Positions 1 to 10,077 of a stretch of 64,000 bases of DNA are shown one piece after another. The stretch is from Thermoproteaceae archaeon. GTDB lineage: Archaea > Thermoproteota > Thermoprotei > Thermoproteales > Thermoproteaceae. Numbering within the stretch: position 1 is the stretch's first letter; the number at the start of each line of letters is the position of its first letter. Under the pieces are notes generated by a model that worked only from the letters and a program-made list of their open reading frames with translations, made no database searches and was not told the DNA's origin. The position numbers and the translations under genes were made by a program. The stretch covers positions 1-64,000 of the forward strand of contig JAJHRB010000002.1 of the NCBI GenBank assembly GCA_020833025.1, in the 5' to 3' direction.

Positions 1-310
1 CTCCACGCCGTGAACGCACACTCCCTCTACGAGACTCTTAGGCAATACGGCAGACTCGACGGGGAGCGTCTAAAGGCGGCCGCGCCTCACTGTTCCCTCG
101 ACTCCGGTATCACGACCGCAACTCGACCGCCTCGCGCCGCTCGTCGAGAAAACTTCGCGGACGCATAGTCGCCCACTATGACTTTGATCTCTCAAGTGCC
201 TCGGCGTCGACAAAGGCAGTGGCGGCGTGAAGGGTCTCCGCGCCTGCCTCCCCGAGGCATTTGATTAGGGGTCCGCAGAGGCGGAGCCCGAGCTCCGCGC
301 TGACCATTTA
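1..310 (-). pseudogene. Degenerate ORF remnant, weakly PLD/restriction-endonuclease-like
   Basis: Minus strand reads MVSAELGLRLCGPLIKCLGEAGAETLHAATAFVDAEAL, then frameshift to IKVIVGDY; stops follow; runs off the window edge. Confidence 0.25.
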
Positions 311-370
311 CGCTCTCTGGCGCGGCTTATAGCGCATTGGAGCAGTCGGGGAGCGGGCCCGGGAGTAAGG

Positions 371-378
371 CTTAAAAA
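371..378 (+). promoter_or_regulatory. TATA box for tRNA-Gln fragment
   Basis: CTTAAAAA about 24 nt upstream of 402, the same motif and spacing as before intact tRNA-Arg at 18215. Confidence 0.75.
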
Positions 379-401
379 GGCAGCGGCCGGGAGTAAACGG
401 C

Positions 402-493
402 CGCCCGGGCACGACCCGGCCATGGATGCGGGGCTCTGGAGCCGGCGGCGGGGAGACCCCGTGGCCCGGGTTCGAATCCCGGCCGGGCTACCA
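402..493 (+). tRNA. tRNA-Gln(CTG) 3' fragment (positions 22-76) with 37/38 intron 440-455 and a non-tRNA leader; probable split-tRNA half
   Basis: GGATG-CGGGG-CT-CTG-G, 16-nt BHB intron, A-CCCCG, T-arm CCGGGTTCGAATCCCGG, CCGGGCT-A-CCA; positions 8-15 read GCACGACC instead of a TAGTCTAG-like motif. Confidence 0.8.
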
Positions 494-648
494 GTCTCCT
501 TCCCTTCATGCGGCTACACCACCGCGCCGTGCCCCCGGCCCCCAGCAGCGCCTCCTGCAAGTCTCCCTGCCTCAGGCGCGCCCGGCCTCCCCGGCGCCTG
601 CAGGGACCCCCGTGTGCCCTTCGCGGCGCGAGCGGGAGCGCGCCGCGC

Positions 649-1380
649 TCACATTGCTGTCCTGTACCGCCGCGGGCGTACCACAACGAGGCCTGCCCTC
701 ATTGCCCTAATGTAGCCCCGGGGCGTCCACGACGCGAGCAGCGCGAGCGCCACCAGAATTAAGGCGGCGGGGGCTGCCCACTGCATGTAGAGCGCGAGGG
801 CAAGCGCGCCTGCGAGCGAAGCGCCGAGACCCCACTTCGCTGCCTTGGCCCTCCTGTACTCCCTCAGCGCTTCCCTCGGGTCAGCTGGCGGCTCGCTGAG
901 GAAGCGCATTAAGAGCCTCGCTGTCTCGCGGAATCCGGCGCAGAGCGCCTCTGCGGGATCCGTCGAGCGCCTCGGCCTCACCCTGCTGCAGAGCTCCGGC
1001 AGCTCGCTTGCCAGTCGGCTCATCTCCCGCTCTGCTCTGTCGTGGACTCTGGGGTTTCTCGCGTCCAGAGACCAGTCTTGCAGGTAGTGCACGGCCCTGC
1101 CGAGCGCCCTCCCGGCGTTGTACAAATCGCCAACTGCCCTGTAGTAACATGCCAGATTGTAGTAATACTCAATGAGATCTCTCGGCAGCGTCTGGTGGTG
1201 GCGCACCCTCCTCTCGCGCGCGTAGGGCCCGCCTCTCCGCGTCACGACGACGACCTCTCTGTCCTCCACCTCGTCAGGCTCGACGACACCGCGCAGGAGC
1301 CCCTGTGCGCACTCGCGGGGCAGGCCAACGGCGGCGGCAGCCGCGCTGGCAATCGCTACGTGAGCGCGCGCCGGCGGCAT
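649..1380 (-). CDS. Zinc-dependent phospholipase C-like protein with C-terminal membrane segments
   Basis: H..IA, EPD, RHH, HYLQD and HD..E motif order; start moved to MPPARAH. Confidence 0.6.
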   Translation of the reverse strand: MPPARAHVAIASAAAAAVGLPRECAQGLLRGVVEPDEVEDREVVVVTRRGGPYARERRVRHHQTLPRDLIEYYYNLACYYRAVGDLYNAGRALGRAVHYLQDWSLDARNPRVHDRAEREMSRLASELPELCSRVRPRRSTDPAEALCAGFRETARLLMRFLSEPPADPREALREYRRAKAAKWGLGASLAGALALALYMQWAAPAALILVALALLASWTPRGYIRAMRAGLVVVRPRRYRTAM

Positions 1381-1599
1381 GCCGGCCGGGCCCGGCGGCA
1401 CTCTCTGTCCCCCTCCTGGCGCGCGCCTCTCACGCAGCACCCCGCGCGCGGGCCGCGCCTCCAGCCCGCCTCCCGCCTCGCGGCAGCCGCAGCGCTAGCA
1501 CTTAACACGGCGTGCCGCGCTATTGAAAATTAAAGTTGCGCGGCCAGGCTCTGAGGCCTCCGCGGCCGCCATTTTGTATAGAGGCAGTGCCTACTCTGT

Positions 1600-1990
1600 A
1601 GCCCGGCGCTCGCCCTTCTCGCAGGGCTGAACGAGGAGCTAGAGCGGCGCCGGCCGGGCCGCGTGATAGTCGTGGGCGAGCTTGCCGTGGAGCTCTACAG
1701 CGGCGGCGCCTACCGCACGGGCGACGTTGATTTCATTAATCCGCACTCCAAGGCCCGGGGAGGCGCGCCGGCTCTTCGAGGAGCTCGCCGCGGCGGCCGG
1801 CTGGCACAGAGTGTCCAGAGCCTGCGGGGGCCCGGCGCCCTCTTTCTGGACCTGGCCGGCTACCTCTACACCGGGCGCGCGAAGGAGCTCCGCGCGTGCG
1901 TCTACTGGGACTTGCCGGCAGGGGCCGCCAAGTGGGACTGAGGAGCTGGCGGCGAGAGACGGAGTGCTGAGCAGGCTAGACGAGCTCGCA
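1600..1990 (+). pseudogene. Frameshifted nucleotidyltransferase-like gene
   Basis: IVVGELAVELYSGGAYRTGDVDFI motif; continuation (EARRLFEELAAAAGW) is in another frame. Confidence 0.5.
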
Positions 1991-2006
1991 GCAATAGTAG
2001 AGAGCG

Positions 2007-3365
2007 TCAGGCGCCGCGCGGCTCGAGGCCTATCTTCCTGCGGTACTCCTCGTACGCACTCGCCACCCGCGCGTGCCACGGCTCGAGGCCGGCGCTGCTC
2101 TCGGGGTACTCCATATAGAGCTCGCCTATCCTGCTGGCGTACTGCGCCGCCGCGAGCAGCTTGAGCAGCAGCGAGGGCCTCCCCAGGAGCTGCAGCGCCG
2201 CTCTGAGCTTCTCCACTAGCGACGGGCTGACGCCCCGGGACGACACGTCGAGAATATCGCCCTCACCGAGCACCCTGCGCGAGAGGCCGTAATTCAGGTC
2301 GTCGTTGCTCAGAGTCTGCAGCATTAGCCTCATCACGTCGAGCTGCGCCTGCCTGTGCCCCCACTCTCTCATGTACAGGACGTTATACTCCCAGAGCGCT
2401 CTCTCCGAGAAGTCGCCGGTCTCGAACGCCCTGATTATAACCCTGGACGACAGCTCGGCGGAGAGCAGGGCCTGCCCGATCCCGCCGCCGTGGAGCGGGT
2501 TCGCGGCAGCCGCCGCGTCTCCCACGGCAACAAAGCCGCCGCCGACGAGAGATTTCAGCGGCCTTCTAGTCGGCACGACGCCCCCGCCCGCGTGAATTCT
2601 GGCGCGCACCCTGAGCCGGGGCAGGACGCGCTGCCTGAACCGCTCCACGGGGTTCACGCCGGAGATGCCCCACACGCCGAGGCCGACGTTCACCGTGCTC
2701 GAGTCGTACGGGAACAGCCACCAGTAGCCCCCGGGCGCCACCTCTGCGTTCAGGAATATCTTTATGTACTCGGGCCTCTCCACAGGCCCGTCAACGCTCA
2801 GGATCTCTCTGTAGGCGTGGGAGACGTCCTCCGGGCTGAGGGGCTCTGACACCGGCCAGCCCGCCAGCTTCGTCCTCAGGGCTCCGCCGAGGCCCGTCGC
2901 GTCCACGACAACTCTGGCCCGCAGCTCCACGCGGGTTCCCTCCCGCTTTTTAACCGCCTCGACTCCCGCCACGCTGCTGCCGCTGACGGTGGGCGCGGCT
3001 GCAATATAGCCCTCGTAAAGCTCGGCCCCCGCCCTGACCGCCTCGCCGACGAGCCAGCTGCCCCACGCGGCTCTGTCCAGCATGTACCCCTCGCCCCGGA
3101 TTACAAGCCTGGCAGACTCGTCGGGGCTCACGAGCTCCACGCCGGCGATCTTGCTCTTGAACGCCCTGGGGTTGGGAGTCAGGTACCTTGACATTCTCTC
3201 CACGTGGTGAGCCCCGAGCGCGTCCCCGCAGACCTTAACGCCTATCTGGTCCCCGGCCCTCGCCTCCAGCAGCGCGACCCTCAGCCCAGCTCTCGCGAGG
3301 AGGTACGAGGCGTAGGCGCCCGCCGTCCCGGCGCCGGCGACCACCACGTCGAATTTCAGGGACAC
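2007..3365 (-). CDS. Digeranylgeranylglycerophospholipid reductase (geranylgeranyl reductase family)
   Basis: GAGTAG FAD site, PGGYWWLFP, VGDAA...PLHGGGI. Confidence 0.9.
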   Translation of the reverse strand: MSLKFDVVVAGAGTAGAYASYLLARAGLRVALLEARAGDQIGVKVCGDALGAHHVERMSRYLTPNPRAFKSKIAGVELVSPDESARLVIRGEGYMLDRAAWGSWLVGEAVRAGAELYEGYIAAAPTVSGSSVAGVEAVKKREGTRVELRARVVVDATGLGGALRTKLAGWPVSEPLSPEDVSHAYREILSVDGPVERPEYIKIFLNAEVAPGGYWWLFPYDSSTVNVGLGVWGISGVNPVERFRQRVLPRLRVRARIHAGGGVVPTRRPLKSLVGGGFVAVGDAAAAANPLHGGGIGQALLSAELSSRVIIRAFETGDFSERALWEYNVLYMREWGHRQAQLDVMRLMLQTLSNDDLNYGLSRRVLGEGDILDVSSRGVSPSLVEKLRAALQLLGRPSLLLKLLAAAQYASRIGELYMEYPESSAGLEPWHARVASAYEEYRRKIGLEPRGA

Positions 3366-3430
3366 GGGCCCCGCAGGGGCGGGCCGTGTATAAAAATTGC
3401 GCGCGCCGTTTTGCGGCGGCGCGGCCGGCG

Positions 3431-4108
3431 TCAGATCTTTAGCGCCTCGCCGGGTCTCATTACGTAAACTTTCGCGCGCGATATTGCCTCGACGCGCGCC
3501 TTGAAATCCTCGGGGTCCTGCCTTATTGCCGGGAAGGTATTGTAGTGCATCGGCACGACTCTCCTGGGCTTGAGCAGCTGCGTTGCTATTGCCGCCTCCC
3601 GCGGGCCCATTGTGAACACGCCGCCTATGGGCAGCAGGGCAATGTCAATGTCGTACAGCCCGCCTATTAGCTCCATGTCTCTGAAGAGGCCCGTGTCCCC
3701 CGCGTGATACACCGTGCCCTCCGGCGTCGAGACCACAAAGCCGGCAGGGGCGCCCCTGTTCGCAGTGTGGAGCGCGGGGGTCATGTAGATCTCAATGCCG
3801 TTGCCGAGCTTCAGCACCCCGCCTATGTTCATGGCCATCGTCTGGGCCTCGGGAACCCCCCTCTCTGCCAGCTCGAGCGTGAGCTCGTAAGTGCCGATGA
3901 TCACGGCGCCCGTGGCCTTTGCTATGTCAACGGCCTCGCCGAGGTGGTCATGGTGGTCGTGCGTTATGAGTATGTACGCGGGCTTCTCGGCAACTATGTC
4001 ATTCAGCGAGCTGGGAGACAGCGGGTTTGAAATCCACGGGTCCACGAGCATTCTCGCGGCGAAGAGTTCTATCATGAACGCCGCGTGGCCGAGCCACTTG
4101 ACCAGCAT
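3431..4108 (-). CDS. Metal-dependent hydrolase, MBL fold (UPF0173-like)
   Basis: WLGHA, THDHHDH, YHAGDT, PMHYNTF. Confidence 0.9.
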   Translation of the reverse strand: MLVKWLGHAAFMIELFAARMLVDPWISNPLSPSSLNDIVAEKPAYILITHDHHDHLGEAVDIAKATGAVIIGTYELTLELAERGVPEAQTMAMNIGGVLKLGNGIEIYMTPALHTANRGAPAGFVVSTPEGTVYHAGDTGLFRDMELIGGLYDIDIALLPIGGVFTMGPREAAIATQLLKPRRVVPMHYNTFPAIRQDPEDFKARVEAISRAKVYVMRPGEALKI

Positions 4109-4161
4109 GGTCCCGCGCCGCGCGCGATAAATAAATTATGCCCTCCCCGGCCCTGACGCCG

Positions 4162-4398
4162 TCACTTCCTCCTCAAGTCGAGTCTTATGGCATTTGCGTG
4201 AGGCGCGTACACCGCGACGCGGAACTCGCGCTCTAGCTCCCTAACGATCTTGGCCAGCGCGTCCCACTCGAGGGGCTTCATGAGGTATATTTTCAGGTGG
4301 TAGGCGCCAGTCGCTGGCGAGTAGCTACACTTCGCGTACTTCACAGAGCCGGCCCCCACCCTCTTGATGGCTTCCACCACCCTCTCCAGCTCCTTCAC
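4162..4398 (-). CDS. Small hypothetical protein
   Basis: 78-aa ORF with host-like codon use, co-oriented in an operon. Confidence 0.7.
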   Translation of the reverse strand: MKELERVVEAIKRVGAGSVKYAKCSYSPATGAYHLKIYLMKPLEWDALAKIVRELEREFRVAVYAPHANAIRLDLRRK

Positions 4399-4419
4399 GC
4401 GCTGCAGCGCGCCGCGATT

Positions 4420-4812
4420 TTAAACAAGTCTCTGCGACGCTATCGACTCCAAAAACGCCCTCAATTCTGGCGCGGTCTCGTAATCATCCCGCCTCACGAC
4501 CTCCGCAGGGCTTAGGACCCTCCACGGCCCCCTGCTGTACTTTACCAGCAGGTACGCCTCGCCGCCGGCGCGCCTGGCGAACTCGAGCAGTTTTTCCAGC
4601 CTCTCGCGCTCTACGTGAAGCGCCGCGTGCCTGGACCTGTACTTCACCTCGAAGACCAGCACGCGGCCGCGGCATATGGCAATAAGGTCTGGAACGAATC
4701 TCCTGCGCACGCCGCCGCCCGAGGAGCAGCCGCGCAGCACGGCGCAGCCGCGCTCCCAGAAGTAATTCGCGAGCTTTCTCTCCCTCTCCACTCCCTTTCG
4801 CCTAGTGTTCAT
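4420..4812 (-). CDS. hjc: Holliday junction resolvase Hjc
   Basis: KG...ERKL, RG.SSGGG, PDLIA, FEVK (PD-D/ExK). Confidence 0.9.
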   Translation of the reverse strand: MNTRRKGVERERKLANYFWERGCAVLRGCSSGGGVRRRFVPDLIAICRGRVLVFEVKYRSRHAALHVERERLEKLLEFARRAGGEAYLLVKYSRGPWRVLSPAEVVRRDDYETAPELRAFLESIASQRLV

Positions 4813-5303
4813 AAAACGTCGACCTCCAAGTGGGCGTCGCACAGGAGCATCTCGACGAGCGAGCTGCGGCCCCCATTGCACTTGAGCTTGCCGCTCAGCA
4901 CCAGCTCGACGTGGCGCGCGTTAAAGCCCCTCGCGTCCAGCAGCAGGCCCTCGACCCGCCTTCCCCGGAGGGCCACGAGCTCGCGCCTCTCCCGGACGTA
5001 GTACACGCCAGGACCCCTGTACTCGCCCGCGGGGTATATTGGAGCGAGCCCGCGCCCCCGCAGCGGGGCGCCCCACACGTAAATCTCCACGTCGTGCCTT
5101 ATCTCTCTGGCGAGCGCCGCCCAGAGCCTGCCGCCGGTTTTCAGAACTACTGCGCGGCTGGCACTGTGGAGCGCTGAGTGGAGGCACTGCAAGTCGCCCT
5201 CTCCCACCAGCGGCACGACTCTCGGGCCTCTGGCCTCGCACGTGGGGATGACTTGCTCCAGCCCCACGTCTGGGAGCTCCCTCTCGCTGTAAATGAGAAT
5301 CAC
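4809..5303 (-). CDS. Hypothetical protein
   Basis: GTG start overlaps TBP stop; stop overlaps hjc start. Confidence 0.7.
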   Translation of the reverse strand: MILIYSERELPDVGLEQVIPTCEARGPRVVPLVGEGDLQCLHSALHSASRAVVLKTGGRLWAALAREIRHDVEIYVWGAPLRGRGLAPIYPAGEYRGPGVYYVRERRELVALRGRRVEGLLLDARGFNARHVELVLSGKLKCNGGRSSLVEMLLCDAHLEVDVL

Positions 5304-5905
5304 AGCCCTTCCCCGGCCGCGCGCTCCTCGGCAACGTATAGGACTCCCAGCTCCCTCAGCTGGCTGTAGAGCTTGTTCACCGCCCTCCCCACGTCCGTCT
5401 CGGACTTGGCCCCCGTGCATACGATCTTTCCCGAGCCGAAGATAAGCATGACGACCTTCGGCGATGACATCCTGTATATCAGCCCGGGAAACTGCTCGGG
5501 CTCGTACATCGCATTGTCGAGCATTAGCACTGCCTGCTCCAGGTCGACCTCGACATGCAGATTGCCGCTGGCAACTATGTTCTGGACCTGGACCTCGGGC
5601 TCCGACGGCACGTCAGCGCCGTGCTCCCTAAGCAGCTGAGTCAGAGCCCTGACCGCGTTTTTGAGGTCCTCCTCGTTCTTGGCGCCGGTGCACACAATCT
5701 TTCCTGTCCTGAATATCAGCGCGGACACTCTGGGCTTGGTAAGCCGCAGGATTAGGCCAGGGAACTGGTCAGGGTTATACTCTGCCGTTAGGAGACGCTC
5801 CGCCAGTCTCTCGAGATTGAGCTCGACGCCGAGGTTGATTGTCGCAACGATGTTCTCAATGCGGTAGGAGGGCCCCCTGTCATAGCGTTGAGGCGCGCCG
5901 GCCAC
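5300..5905 (-). CDS. tbp: TATA-box-binding protein
   Basis: Two repeats IENIVAT...YNPDQFPGLI / VQNIVAS...YEPEQFPGLI. Confidence 0.97.
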   Translation of the reverse strand: MAGAPQRYDRGPSYRIENIVATINLGVELNLERLAERLLTAEYNPDQFPGLILRLTKPRVSALIFRTGKIVCTGAKNEEDLKNAVRALTQLLREHGADVPSEPEVQVQNIVASGNLHVEVDLEQAVLMLDNAMYEPEQFPGLIYRMSSPKVVMLIFGSGKIVCTGAKSETDVGRAVNKLYSQLRELGVLYVAEERAAGEGL

Positions 5906-6030
5906 AAAACGCCTTGCGTCCTCTTTAAAAATATTTTTAAGCCAAAAAGCCGCGTGCCGCTGCTGGCGGCCCAGCATTGGCCGGCGGGGCCGCGCCTCTA
6001 AGCTTTTTTAAGGGGGCCGTGGCTAGAGGC

Positions 6031-6399
6031 ATGGGCGGCAAGAAGAAGCCAACGCTGAGCCAAGTCGTAAAGCGCCTGGAGAGAGAGCAGCAAGCGCAAA
6101 AGGCTAGGAAGGAGATCGCAAAGAAGGAGGAGGCTAAGCAGAAGAGATCCCTACTGCTAATTGACGAGAAACTGCTCGAGGCAGTCGCCAAGGAAGTCCA
6201 GAGCGCAAGGGCCGTCACTACGTACGAGGTGGCGTCAAAATTCGGCACAAAGATGACAACGGCAGCGAAGATACTGAGAGCCCTCAGCGAGCGGGGCGAG
6301 CTCGTGCTGGTGTCCAGGGGCCATAGGACGGAAATTTACGCGCCCGCGAGGGTCGCTAGAGGAGCAGGCCCTCCGGCCTCACCGGCCTCTTCAAGTTAA
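6031..6399 (+). CDS. rps25e: 30S ribosomal protein S25e
   Basis: MGGKKKPTLSQ start, winged-helix C-terminus. Confidence 0.92.
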   Translation: MGGKKKPTLSQVVKRLEREQQAQKARKEIAKKEEAKQKRSLLLIDEKLLEAVAKEVQSARAVTTYEVASKFGTKMTTAAKILRALSERGELVLVSRGHRTEIYAPARVARGAGPPASPASSS

Positions 6400-7039
6400 C
6401 AACGCCCTCCTCTCTGATCTCAACAATATCTCTGGAACAGAGTATTTCCAGCGCTGTTCTCACGACTCTCGCGTCTGCCCTCGCGAGACGTGACACGTCC
6501 TCCACGAATCTTATAATGCCGACGCTCGGGTACGCGGCCAGGTAGTTCAGCACGGTGCTCAGGAGAGACTTGGCGCTACTCTCGTCAACTCTCGCCTCGC
6601 TGGCGAGGAGAGAGACCAGCACGCCCCGCCCGTCCCGCGCTGCCGCGCCGGCGTCCGGCCTCTGCTCCTGCCGCCCGGCAGGGCTGGCCGCCACCTCTCC
6701 CGCCCGCTCCTGGGGCGCGCGCTGGGTCTGCACCGCCGGGCCCTCCCGCGCGGTCTCCGGCCTGGCCCCTGCCGCCGGCTCCGGCCTCTGCCGCTCCTGC
6801 CCGCCGCCCGCGCCGATGAACTCGCTGAGCCTTCGCGCCTTGGCGCGCGCCCTCCTCGCAGCCGCAGGCCTCCTCTCGATATTGCCTGCAATTGTCTCCG
6901 CCAGCTGCAGCACGACGCTGCCGAAGACGGCCTCAGGTCCCGAGGCTGCGCAGCCCTGCCTAATGCACACGATGGTTCTCGCGAGAACGCCGAGAGCGTC
7001 CTGCTTTATCCTGCCCGACAAGTACAGCTTGTAGAGCAC
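6356..7039 (-). CDS. Hypothetical protein with C-terminal winged-helix-like domain
   Basis: Two helical domains joined by a low-complexity linker. Confidence 0.65.
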   Translation of the reverse strand: MLYKLYLSGRIKQDALGVLARTIVCIRQGCAASGPEAVFGSVVLQLAETIAGNIERRPAAARRARAKARRLSEFIGAGGGQERQRPEPAAGARPETAREGPAVQTQRAPQERAGEVAASPAGRQEQRPDAGAAARDGRGVLVSLLASEARVDESSAKSLLSTVLNYLAAYPSVGIIRFVEDVSRLARADARVVRTALEILCSRDIVEIREEGVVNLKRPVRPEGLLL

Positions 7040-7068
7040 TGGCGCTCCCGCCGCGCCGGATTAAAAGC

Positions 7069-7302
7069 CTACGCGGTCTCGGTTTTTTGCAGCTCGGCCA
7101 GCTTCCAGTATGCAATCTTCCCGCGCTTAATCTCCCTCACTATGTTCTCGTGCTCGAGAATTTTTAGCACGTAGAACACCTGCGAGTGGCTAAGCCCCGT
7201 GAGCTCGATCAGCTTCCCAGTTGTCAGCTCGCCGTACTTTCTCAAGTACTCCACTACCAGTCTCTTCCGCTCGTACACCCTCTCCGTCTGTCTCTTCGGC
7301 AC
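7069..7302 (-). CDS. Small winged-helix DNA-binding protein
   Basis: LTTGKLIELTGLSHSQVFYVLKILE HTH. Confidence 0.8.
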   Translation of the reverse strand: MPKRQTERVYERKRLVVEYLRKYGELTTGKLIELTGLSHSQVFYVLKILEHENIVREIKRGKIAYWKLAELQKTETA

Positions 7303-7350
7303 GTCTGTGGCACCCGCTAGTGCTTTTTACGGAGCTCGACCACCAGGGTA

Positions 7351-8403
7351 TCACTCAAGTAACTTTATCATCTTACGCATCTTGAGGTACTGCGCGTAGT
7401 CTACATACACCTTATTGCGCAGCATGTGCTCGACCGCGGGCGCGGGCGCCCTCTGCCTTTCTGTTATCACGTCGGTGACCCTGAATACAAATGCATCAGA
7501 CCCGGCCCCGCTCCCGTAAGTGACGAGCAGTATTCTGTCGCCGGGCTTCGCCATCTCGAGCACCCTGGCAAACCCTATCAGCGCCGACGCGTTGTACGTA
7601 TTGCCTATGTGCGTGACCACAATGCCCGGCTTGACCCTGTCCATCGGTATTCCCAGTGCCGACGCAACGCGGAGCGGGAACCTGCCATTTGGCTGGTGGA
7701 ACACTGCATACGTGAAGTCTGCCGGCTTGTAGCCGTACTTGCTCACCAGCCCCCTCACGGCCTCGATTATGTGGCGGAAGTACGCCGGCTCGCCGGTAAA
7801 GCCCTCGCCGTGCATTGGATACGGCGACCCGTCTCTCCTCCAGAAGTCGGGCGTGTCCGACGCGTAGGCATACATCGCCTCTAGCTCGGCGGCGACGCCA
7901 TCCCTGCCGACCACCAGCGCGGCGCCGCCGCTGCTCGCGGAGTAGTCCAAGTGCTCCCCGGGCTCGCCCTGCGACGTGTCGACGCCGACGGCAATGCCGT
8001 ACTCCACGCGCCCGGCCTCGACGAGGCCGGCAATCGCGGCGAGGCCGTCGCCGCCGGCCTTGCAGGCAAACTCCATGTCCACCGCAAGGATGTCGTTCCT
8101 GAGGCCGAGCGCGTCAATGAGAATAGACGCTATTGGCTTGACGGCATAGGGCTTTGACTCCGTGCCGACGTAGACCGCGCCCACCCTCTCCCTGCTCACG
8201 CCGGCTCTCCTCAGCGCAATTCTGGCCGCCTCGACAGCTATTGTCACCGCGTCCTCGTCAAGCGCCTCCACGCTCTTCTCGTTTACCAAGTAGACGTCTG
8301 CAATTCTCTGGGGGTCGTCGCCCCACAGCCTGGCCACCTCCTCGGTCCTGATCCTGTACCTCGGTATGTAGACGCCCCAGCCCACAACGCCCACTCTCGT
8401 CAT
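7351..8403 (-). CDS. Hydroxymethylglutaryl-CoA synthase
   Basis: [28 protein letters not shown]. Confidence 0.95.
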   Translation of the reverse strand: MTRVGVVGWGVYIPRYRIRTEEVARLWGDDPQRIADVYLVNEKSVEALDEDAVTIAVEAARIALRRAGVSRERVGAVYVGTESKPYAVKPIASILIDALGLRNDILAVDMEFACKAGGDGLAAIAGLVEAGRVEYGIAVGVDTSQGEPGEHLDYSASSGGAALVVGRDGVAAELEAMYAYASDTPDFWRRDGSPYPMHGEGFTGEPAYFRHIIEAVRGLVSKYGYKPADFTYAVFHQPNGRFPLRVASALGIPMDRVKPGIVVTHIGNTYNASALIGFARVLEMAKPGDRILLVTYGSGAGSDAFVFRVTDVITERQRAPAPAVEHMLRNKVYVDYAQYLKMRKMIKLLE

Positions 8404-8804
8404 GGCTGCACCGGCCTGAATTTGTAGCCGTACATTATCAGCCCGTGCCTCCCGTCTACAGCCACTCTCCTAAACACAAGCTCTACCCTCGTGCCCGGCG
8501 CCAGCCTGTCCGGCTGTGCGTCGACTATCTGGCCGACGGCCCTCACGCCGCCGTTGAGCTCCACGAGGCCCACAATCAGCGGCTTCTGCTTCAGGAAGTC
8601 CGTGCCGACCTGGTACAGCACGGTGTACTCGACCAGCCTGCCCTCGTGGGGCAGCTCGTCGTAGTCCTCCAGCTCTGCGGAGCCGCACCTGCACCGGAGC
8701 GCGGGGGGGAAGTAAACAGCGCCGCACTGCCTGCACCTCTTTGCGACCAGCCGGTAGTACTGGGGTATGTTGCGCCAGTACATCGGCACGGACTCGTGCC
8801 TCAC
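8400..8804 (-). CDS. DUF35 Zn-ribbon/OB-fold scaffold protein
   Basis: CRQCG...CRCG plus OB fold; lies between thiolase and HMGCS. Confidence 0.9.
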   Translation of the reverse strand: MRHESVPMYWRNIPQYYRLVAKRCRQCGAVYFPPALRCRCGSAELEDYDELPHEGRLVEYTVLYQVGTDFLKQKPLIVGLVELNGGVRAVGQIVDAQPDRLAPGTRVELVFRRVAVDGRHGLIMYGYKFRPVQP

Positions 8805-8856
8805 GACTGCTCCCTGCCGCGAGAATATAATCTTGCGCTCTGCGGGGCTGCCGGCG

Positions 8857-9963
8857 TCAGAGGCCCACGACGATAACCGCCGACGTTCTATCAACGCCGC
8901 CCATGCTGTGCACCACGCCGTACCTGCCGTCCGCGCGCTTGAACTCCCTGCCGACGAGCTGCCACGCGACCTCAACGAGCTGGTACACGCCGGTTGCCCC
9001 GAGCGCGTTGCCCCGCGCCTTGAGCCCCCCGCTCATGTTAACCCGCAGCCCGCCGCGCTTGAGGGCCGCGAGCGCGCCGCCTCTCTCCGCCAGGCCGAGG
9101 CCCTCGACTGCGAGGACTCCAAATATCGAGAGAGAGTCGTGGACCTCCGCCGCGGCTACGTCCCTCGGCGAGATTCCCGCTGCCTTGTACGCCCGCGCCG
9201 CGGCCTCGCGCAGGCTGTAAAGCGTGTCGTACTCGCTCCTCATGTTGAACGGCACTGCGTTGGTCGCGACGGCGACTGACATAATGCGGGGCCCGTCTCT
9301 CCTGTCCCTGCAGAGGACGGCGGCGGCCGCGCCGTCCACTAGCGGCGCGACGTCATAAAGCCTCAGGGGCTCGCTCGTGTACTCGCTGCTCAGCACGTCC
9401 TCGAGCTTGACTCGCCGCCTGAAGTAAGCGTAGGGGTTCTCCGCTCCGCGCTCGTGCATTAGCACGGCCCAGGCCGCGAGGTCCTCGTACTTGTAGCCGT
9501 GGCGCTTGAGGTACATCTTTGCCATCAGCGCCGCGTGAGAGAGCGGCGTGAAGCCAAAGTATCTCTCGAAGTAAGTATCCATTACTGCTGCGTAGACGTC
9601 CACCTGCTGGTTGCTCAACACGTCGTTAGGCTTGTCAACGCCAACGACGGCAACGCAACCGTACTCCCCGGACGCGAGAGCGTAGTACGCAGCCGTCACG
9701 GCGGCGCCGCCGGACCCATCGCCGCACTCGACGCGGAATGCGGGTATCTTGTCAATGCCCAGGGACTCTAGGATGTATGCGCCGAGTATTTGCTGCCTGT
9801 TAACAAGCTCCGTGGTGGAGGAGGCAACGAACAGCGCCTCGATGTCAACTCCAGCATCCGCGAGCGCCTTGCCGAGGACCTCGGCCGCCATGTCGTCTAT
9901 GTTCTCGCCGTAGTGCCTCCCGGCGGGGCGGAGCGCCGCGCCGACAACGTACACGCCGGTCAC
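8857..9963 (-). CDS. Acetyl-CoA acetyltransferase (archaeal thiolase)
   Basis: RVECGDGSG, AEVHD, NMSGGLKARG. Confidence 0.9.
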   Translation of the reverse strand: MTGVYVVGAALRPAGRHYGENIDDMAAEVLGKALADAGVDIEALFVASSTTELVNRQQILGAYILESLGIDKIPAFRVECGDGSGGAAVTAAYYALASGEYGCVAVVGVDKPNDVLSNQQVDVYAAVMDTYFERYFGFTPLSHAALMAKMYLKRHGYKYEDLAAWAVLMHERGAENPYAYFRRRVKLEDVLSSEYTSEPLRLYDVAPLVDGAAAAVLCRDRRDGPRIMSVAVATNAVPFNMRSEYDTLYSLREAAARAYKAAGISPRDVAAAEVHDSLSIFGVLAVEGLGLAERGGALAALKRGGLRVNMSGGLKARGNALGATGVYQLVEVAWQLVGREFKRADGRYGVVHSMGGVDRTSAVIVVGL

Positions 9964-10077
9964 AGAAAACGCTTGCGGCTGGCGGTTAAATCTGTCGCGC
10001 GCAATGCATCAGTGCCGGGCGCGCCGGGCGGGGCCGCGCGGCGGTGAGCTAATTAAGGCAGCCGCGCCGCTAACGGC

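Noticed and set aside
407-415. GGGCACGAC shared with 53582-53590 upstream of the Leu-CAG half
   Set aside because: Only 9 nt in GC-rich DNA, and the second copy probably lies upstream of the transcription start
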